From Candidatus Roizmanbacteria bacterium CG_4_9_14_0_2_um_filter_38_17 (GTDB taxonomy: Bacteria > Patescibacteriota > Microgenomatia > GCA-00278855), in contig PFSB01000009.1 of the NCBI GenBank assembly GCA_002788855.1, positions 1-59,857 of the forward strand: a stretch of 59,857 nucleotides of DNA. The letters run 5' to 3'. The number at the start of each line of letters is the position of its first letter. Positions within the stretch are counted from its first letter, which is position 1. Of this stretch, positions 55,572 to 59,857 are shown in pieces. A model generated the notes under the pieces. It did no database searches and was not told where the DNA came from. It worked only from the letters and a program-made list of their open reading frames with translations. Made by a program: the position numbers and the translations under genes.

Positions 55572-56555
55572 ATGGCAAAACGAGTAAAAGTTACTGTTGT
55601 CATCCCACTGGAAGATAGAAGTAAGTATCTATCTGAGACGCTTTTGTCTTATGAGAAGCAGACATATAAAAATTTTGAGGTTATTCTTTCTTCAACCAAC
55701 AAGTTTCAAGTTAAGCAGAAGTTTGCAAGGTTGATTGTAGATAAAAGCTTAGCTGGTGATCCGGCAAGTAAGAGGAATAAAGTAATAGATCATGGTAAGG
55801 GAGAAATAATTATATTCAATGATGACGATGTTTTTGTACCACCTGGCTATATTGAACGCATAGTTGAGTTGTTTAGTAAGTCAGAGACATATGGAGCGGG
55901 TGGACCACTTCTGACACCTCCAAGTGATAACCTCCTCAAAGGAGCTGGTGGACTAGTGTGGGAGAGTTATGTTGGAAGTATGGGAGCGGGAGTTTTTCGT
56001 TCGCGTAAAATGAAACCTCGTGTGGTATATGACTACCCAGCTGCAAATTTAATTATTCGTAGAGATGTATTTGTTGAACTTGGTGGTTTTGAGTCAGGCA
56101 TGTACCCTGGGGAAGATACAAAGCTGTGCTTGCTGTTATCTGAAAAGTACAATACAGGAATACAGTATAGTCCAGATCTATTTGTATATCACCATAGGCG
56201 TTCTTTGTTTAGACCTCACCTACAGCAAGTAGGTAGATATGGAACGCAGCGTGGTCAGTTTGCCCTTTCCTACCCTCAGACATCATTTACATTGCCATAC
56301 TTTATCCCATCGGTGTTGCTGTTATATTTTTTAACACTACCTTGGACTGCTCATTACTCAAGGCTTGTCTTAATTCCAGGACTGTTGTATTTAGCAGTAA
56401 TTATTGCAGAAGCAATGATCTTTGCTTATAAAAAGAATATAATAATCGCAATATTAATGGTGCCAGCTGTGATCACGACGCATATGTATTATGGATACAG
56501 GTTTATGGTGAGTTTTATGCGTAAATTAATTGTTAAGATCGGTAATTCTGTATGA
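55572..56555 (+). CDS. Family 2 glycosyltransferase with a C-terminal membrane domain
   Basis: VTVVIPLEDRSKYLSETLLS, FNDDDV, GEDTKLC. C-terminal TM helices. Confidence 0.8.
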   Translation: MAKRVKVTVVIPLEDRSKYLSETLLSYEKQTYKNFEVILSSTNKFQVKQKFARLIVDKSLAGDPASKRNKVIDHGKGEIIIFNDDDVFVPPGYIERIVELFSKSETYGAGGPLLTPPSDNLLKGAGGLVWESYVGSMGAGVFRSRKMKPRVVYDYPAANLIIRRDVFVELGGFESGMYPGEDTKLCLLLSEKYNTGIQYSPDLFVYHHRRSLFRPHLQQVGRYGTQRGQFALSYPQTSFTLPYFIPSVLLLYFLTLPWTAHYSRLVLIPGLLYLAVIIAEAMIFAYKKNIIIAILMVPAVITTHMYYGYRFMVSFMRKLIVKIGNSV

Positions 56556-58054
56556 AAATAGTTATTAGTTATCTGCCACTGCAAGGACCAGGAGTGCCCT
56601 TGTTGGGGCAAAACCGTCAGTTTCAGTGGTTTAGGAGCCCACTAACATCGTATGTAATTTATCCAGTTGTGCCAGCTAGCGCGGCAACCTTACTTTCAAA
56701 AAATGGACACGATGTCTTGTGGTTAGATTGTGCGGCAGAAAAATTAAATTACTCTCAATTTACCAAGAGGCTTGAGGAAAATACACCCGATGTAATGGCG
56801 ATTGAAAGTAAAACACCCGTTATTAAGCAACACTGGAAGATAATTGATGATCTAAAGATAAGGTTTCCTAAGATGAAATTGGTATTGATGGGAGACCATG
56901 TTTCTGCTCTCCCTGAAGAATCGTTAGAACAGTCTAATGTTGACTATATTTTAATCGGAGGAGATTTTGATTTTAGATTGCTAGAGTTAGTAGATTACAT
57001 GTCTGGTAAGAGCAAAAAACTAAGTACAGGCGTGTGCTATAGAGATAAAAACGGGAAAATTGTTCGTACGGGAGGCAATCAGAGAGGATATGATCTTAAT
57101 TCGTTGCCAATGATTGATCGGGAGCTTACCAAGTGGCAGCTATATTCAAAAGGTAATGGAAACTTTAAATATACCCCCAACACCTACACCATGATTGGTC
57201 GTGACTGTTGGTGGAGGAGACCCGCAGAAGGAGGTAAAGCAGGGTGTACATTTTGTTCCTGGACGAGCATATTTCCAACCTGGAGTAAAGCAAGTCCAGA
57301 GAAGTTGTTAGATGAAATAGGACAACTAATAAATCTTGGTGTGAAGGAAGTATTTGACGATACTGGTACGTTTCCAACAGGAGTGTGGTTAGAGCAGTTC
57401 TGCAAAGGTATGATTAAGCGAGGGTACCATAAAAAAATAGTAATGGGCTGCAATATGCGAGCGGGGGCATTAACAAAACAACAATATCAGCTACTAGGAA
57501 GAGCTAATTTTCGCTTTGTTCTCTATGGGTTGGAATCGGTAAATCAAAAAACTCTGGATCGCATTAACAAAGGTACTACTCACCAACAGCTGGAGCAATC
57601 ATTAAAATGGGCGAAAGAAGCTGGTCTTGAGCCACACATTACAACCATGTTTGGTTATCCTTGGGAGACCTTACGGGATGCAATGCGTACTGTGAAATTC
57701 ATTCACCGATTATTTAAAAAGGGGCTGATTGACACTATGCAGGCAACAATATTAATACCATATCCTGGTACAGCGCTGTATGACCAAGCGATGGCTAACG
57801 ATTGGTTAATAACGAATGATTATGCTCGCTTTGACATGGGTGAGCCAGTGCTTAAAACTCCACTATCAGATAAAGAGCTTAAAAAAGTGGTGAGAGATAG
57901 TTATAGTGCTTTTTGGTCTCTAGGATATATTAAGCGAAGAATTGTTGAAATTAGAACGTTAGACGATTTAAAGTTTCTTGCCTTTCTGGGAACAAAATAC
58001 GTTAGCAAACTATTAGATTTTCTACCCAGTAATACACTAAGGCAAGGCCTTTAA
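56552..58054 (+). CDS. Radical SAM enzyme with an N-terminal B12-binding-like domain
   Basis: 500 aa. Rossmann-like N-terminal part (DVMAIESKTPVI...LVLMGDHVS). Cys cluster DCWWRRPAEGGKAGCTFCSW. GLESVNQKTLDRINKG. 4-nt overlap with the upstream GT2. Confidence 0.7.
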   Translation: MKIVISYLPLQGPGVPLLGQNRQFQWFRSPLTSYVIYPVVPASAATLLSKNGHDVLWLDCAAEKLNYSQFTKRLEENTPDVMAIESKTPVIKQHWKIIDDLKIRFPKMKLVLMGDHVSALPEESLEQSNVDYILIGGDFDFRLLELVDYMSGKSKKLSTGVCYRDKNGKIVRTGGNQRGYDLNSLPMIDRELTKWQLYSKGNGNFKYTPNTYTMIGRDCWWRRPAEGGKAGCTFCSWTSIFPTWSKASPEKLLDEIGQLINLGVKEVFDDTGTFPTGVWLEQFCKGMIKRGYHKKIVMGCNMRAGALTKQQYQLLGRANFRFVLYGLESVNQKTLDRINKGTTHQQLEQSLKWAKEAGLEPHITTMFGYPWETLRDAMRTVKFIHRLFKKGLIDTMQATILIPYPGTALYDQAMANDWLITNDYARFDMGEPVLKTPLSDKELKKVVRDSYSAFWSLGYIKRRIVEIRTLDDLKFLAFLGTKYVSKLLDFLPSNTLRQGL

Positions 58055-58076
58055 TTTTATTAAAGGCCTTGCCTTA
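58038..58076. repeat. Family B REP doublet (REPIN-like): an 18-bp perfect inverted repeat separated by TTT
   Basis: TAAGGCAAGGCCTTTAAT-TTT-ATTAAAGGCCTTGCCTTA. The left arm encodes the last codons and the stop of the radical SAM gene. Confidence 0.85.
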
Positions 58077-58085
58077 AATAAACGT

Positions 58086-59081
58086 ATGAAATATTCTACA
58101 GTTAGCATAATTATAGCTACATTAAATTGTGCTGATTCTTTGGTTGAATGTTTAACAAGTATATCTGGGCAAAAGTATCCAAAAGGTAAGATTGAGATAA
58201 TTGTAGTAGATGGAGGATCCAGAGATAGTACAGTATCAATTGCGGAGAGATTTAATTGTAAAGTATTAATAAAAAAAGGAGTATTATCTGAAGCAGCAAA
58301 ATCCTATGGTCTAGAAATAGCTACGGGAGAATTGGTTATAGATATTGCTTCGGATAATATATTACCAACTAATGATTGGTTAAAACTACTAGTTAATCCA
58401 TTGATGAAAGATAAGCGATTAGTTGGCAGCTATCCTTTGCGCTATTTGTATCGAAAAACTGACTCGATATTTAATCGCTACGTTGCCCTTTTTGGAGTTA
58501 ATGATCCTCTTCCATTTTATTTAGGCAAGGCAGATAGGTTGAGCTATTTGTATGATAAGTATAATTTGGCTGGAGATGTTGAAGATATGGATGAATATTA
58601 TAGGGTTGTATTTACTCCAGAAAATATGCCAACCTTGGGAGCAAATGGATTTGTAATAAGGACAAAATTGTTAAAAAAAGCGCGTGTAGATCCTGCGCAC
58701 TTTTTTCACATAGATGTTATTTATGACCTTGTAGAGCAAGGTTTAAATAATTTTGCAGTGGTAAATAACTCTATTATCCATAAAACAGCTGATACACTAA
58801 TATCTCTTATGAAGAAAAGACTGAAATATATGGATACTCTATATCTAAAACAGATAACTAATAGACGTTATCATATGGTTACAAAGAAGAGCTATTTAAG
58901 GTTATTATTATATGTATTTTATTCGCTAACTATATTCCAGCCACTATGGGTTAGTTTTGTAGGTTTTCGAAAGAAGAAAGATCTTGCTTGGTTTTTACAT
59001 CCTTTAGTATGCTTTACTATAACTCTAACCTATATATATTGCGTAGCTAGAGCGAGTATAAGGCTAAGCCCTTCACGATAG
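58086..59081 (+). CDS. Family 2 glycosyltransferase with a C-terminal membrane domain
   Basis: VSIIIATLNCADSLVECLTSI, VVDGGSRDST, IASDN. C-terminal TM helices. Confidence 0.8.
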   Translation: MKYSTVSIIIATLNCADSLVECLTSISGQKYPKGKIEIIVVDGGSRDSTVSIAERFNCKVLIKKGVLSEAAKSYGLEIATGELVIDIASDNILPTNDWLKLLVNPLMKDKRLVGSYPLRYLYRKTDSIFNRYVALFGVNDPLPFYLGKADRLSYLYDKYNLAGDVEDMDEYYRVVFTPENMPTLGANGFVIRTKLLKKARVDPAHFFHIDVIYDLVEQGLNNFAVVNNSIIHKTADTLISLMKKRLKYMDTLYLKQITNRRYHMVTKKSYLRLLLYVFYSLTIFQPLWVSFVGFRKKKDLAWFLHPLVCFTITLTYIYCVARASIRLSPSR

Positions 59082-59107
59082 TGAAAGGCTTAGCCTTTAG
59101 TACGAGC
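59048..59107 (-). repeat. Family C REPIN-like hairpin element (C7, reverse orientation) overlapping the GT2 3' end
   Basis: The reverse complement reads GCTCGTACTAAAGGCTAAGCCTTTCACTATCGTGAAGGGCTTAGCCTTATACTCGCTCTA. Confidence 0.8.
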
Positions 59108-59173
59108 AGTTAAGCTGAATTCTAAAACTTTACAAAATGGGCTATAATTGATGAGTAGTTAATAAGTAATAGC

Positions 59174-59857
59174 ATGAATTATAAACTAAACCTAACTGAT
59201 AACGAAAAAAGAGATATTATAAAATATTTGGAGTCAGGTAAACCATTGCCTGAAAAATACCGGTTTTTGCTTTTTGATACAGATCGAGAGGTTGAGCTTT
59301 TATGGAACGGAAAAACTGATGAAGTGGAAAATATGGTTTTGCCTTTTCAAGCGATTGAACATATTGACGAACCGAGAAGCGAAGAAAAAATCACGGCACA
59401 AACTACATTATTTGATACTTCCGGCAGACAGATCAAGGGTTGGTCAAACAAACTTATTTGGGGCGACAACAAGTTGATTTTATCATCGCTCAAAAATGGT
59501 CCGCTTAAAAAACAAATTGAAGCCGAAGGCGGACTAAAACTAATTTATATTGATCCGCCGTTTGATGTGGGCGCGGATTTCTCCATGAATATTGAAATCG
59601 GCGAGGATACTTTTACCAAAAAACCGTCGGTTATTGAAGAAATCGCTTACCGCGACACGTGGGGCAAGGGCGCTGATAGTTTTATTGCCATGATTTATGA
59701 GCGGTTAAAACTTATGCACGGGCTTTTAGCAGATGACGGCAGTATTTATGTGCATTGTGATTGGCGAGTGAATAGTTTTATGCGGTTGGTCTTGGATGAT
59801 ATTTTTGGTAAAGAAAATCAATCCGGAGAAATAGTATGGAATTATAGTTGGGGATTA
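59174..59857 (+). CDS. DNA methyltransferase (beta-class N6A/N4C, type III Mod-like N-terminus), 3'-partial; not in the ORF track because it runs off the window
   Basis: Own translation from ATG 59174: MNYKLNLTDNEKRDIIKYLESGKPLPEKYRFLLF..EVELLWNGK...NKLIWGDNKLILSSL...LKLIYIDPPFDVGADF...SIYVHCDWRV. There is no stop before the window end. Confidence 0.8.
   Translation, partial: MNYKLNLTDNEKRDIIKYLESGKPLPEKYRFLLFDTDREVELLWNGKTDEVENMVLPFQAIEHIDEPRSEEKITAQTTLFDTSGRQIKGWSNKLIWGDNKLILSSLKNGPLKKQIEAEGGLKLIYIDPPFDVGADFSMNIEIGEDTFTKKPSVIEEIAYRDTWGKGADSFIAMIYERLKLMHGLLADDGSIYVHCDWRVNSFMRLVLDDIFGKENQSGEIVWNYSWGL

Noticed and set aside
59274-59477. 67-aa ORF in the track
   Set aside because: It is out of frame within the methyltransferase reading frame that starts at 59174 and carries clear MTase motifs.
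1-59857. Alternative genetic code: UGA or UAG reassignment, as in some candidate phyla and phages
   Set aside because: cas2, infA and recA end at TGA, and rny and udg end at TAG, all at positions matching normal protein lengths. The long conserved genes contain no in-frame TGA or TAG. The two in-frame TAGs at 49040/49064 are better explained by gene decay.

Overview
AT-rich bacterial chromosomal segment. The standard genetic code applies: TAA, TAG and TGA all terminate recognisable genes. The window opens inside cas12a (5'-partial) of a complete type V-A CRISPR-Cas locus: cas12a-cas4-cas1-cas2, a leader, and 18 spacers between 36-nt repeats ending TCTACTTTTGTAGAT. The other ~54 kb is mostly housekeeping: pnp, rpsO, two tandem class A PBPs, metG, rpsL-rpsG-fusA-tuf-rpsJ, argS, tRNA-Pro, recA-recX-rny, hup, a miaB-like gene, infA-rpmJ-rpsM-rpsK-rpsD-rpoA-rplQ-rplM-rpsI, a ClpC-like chaperone, add, udg and a GT2/radical-SAM/GT2 cluster. 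Accessory and decaying material is interspersed. Gene content and compactness suggest an uncultivated small-genome bacterium, possibly Patescibacteria/CPR-like; this is inference only. Observations most worth follow-up: (1) Three families of palindromic REP/REPIN-like hairpins pepper the window. Two of them each bracket their own HUH/Y1 RAYT-type transposase gene. Copies sit inside the RAYT-1 CDS, form the last codons of other genes, and abut both decayed terminal CRISPR repeats, which break at the same point of the crRNA-handle hairpin. (2) A SipW-type signal peptidase / TasA-camelysin-like operon, in which the peptidase carries a C-terminal domain preceded by its own SipW-cognate-like signal motif, and the first substrate gene is frameshifted. 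(3) A ClpC-like AAA+ protein with a ~320-aa insertion of four tandem ~40-aa repeats in the second ATPase domain. (4) A Cas12a that keeps an intact CxxC...CxxC zinc ribbon where well-studied orthologs have lost the cysteines. (5) A tRNA-Pro-proximal accessory gene string: small membrane protein, 621-aa Tat-like exported protein, MurF-like ligase, class II Fic. No database search was possible. All calls rest on motifs read from the supplied translations and on the nucleotide sequence.
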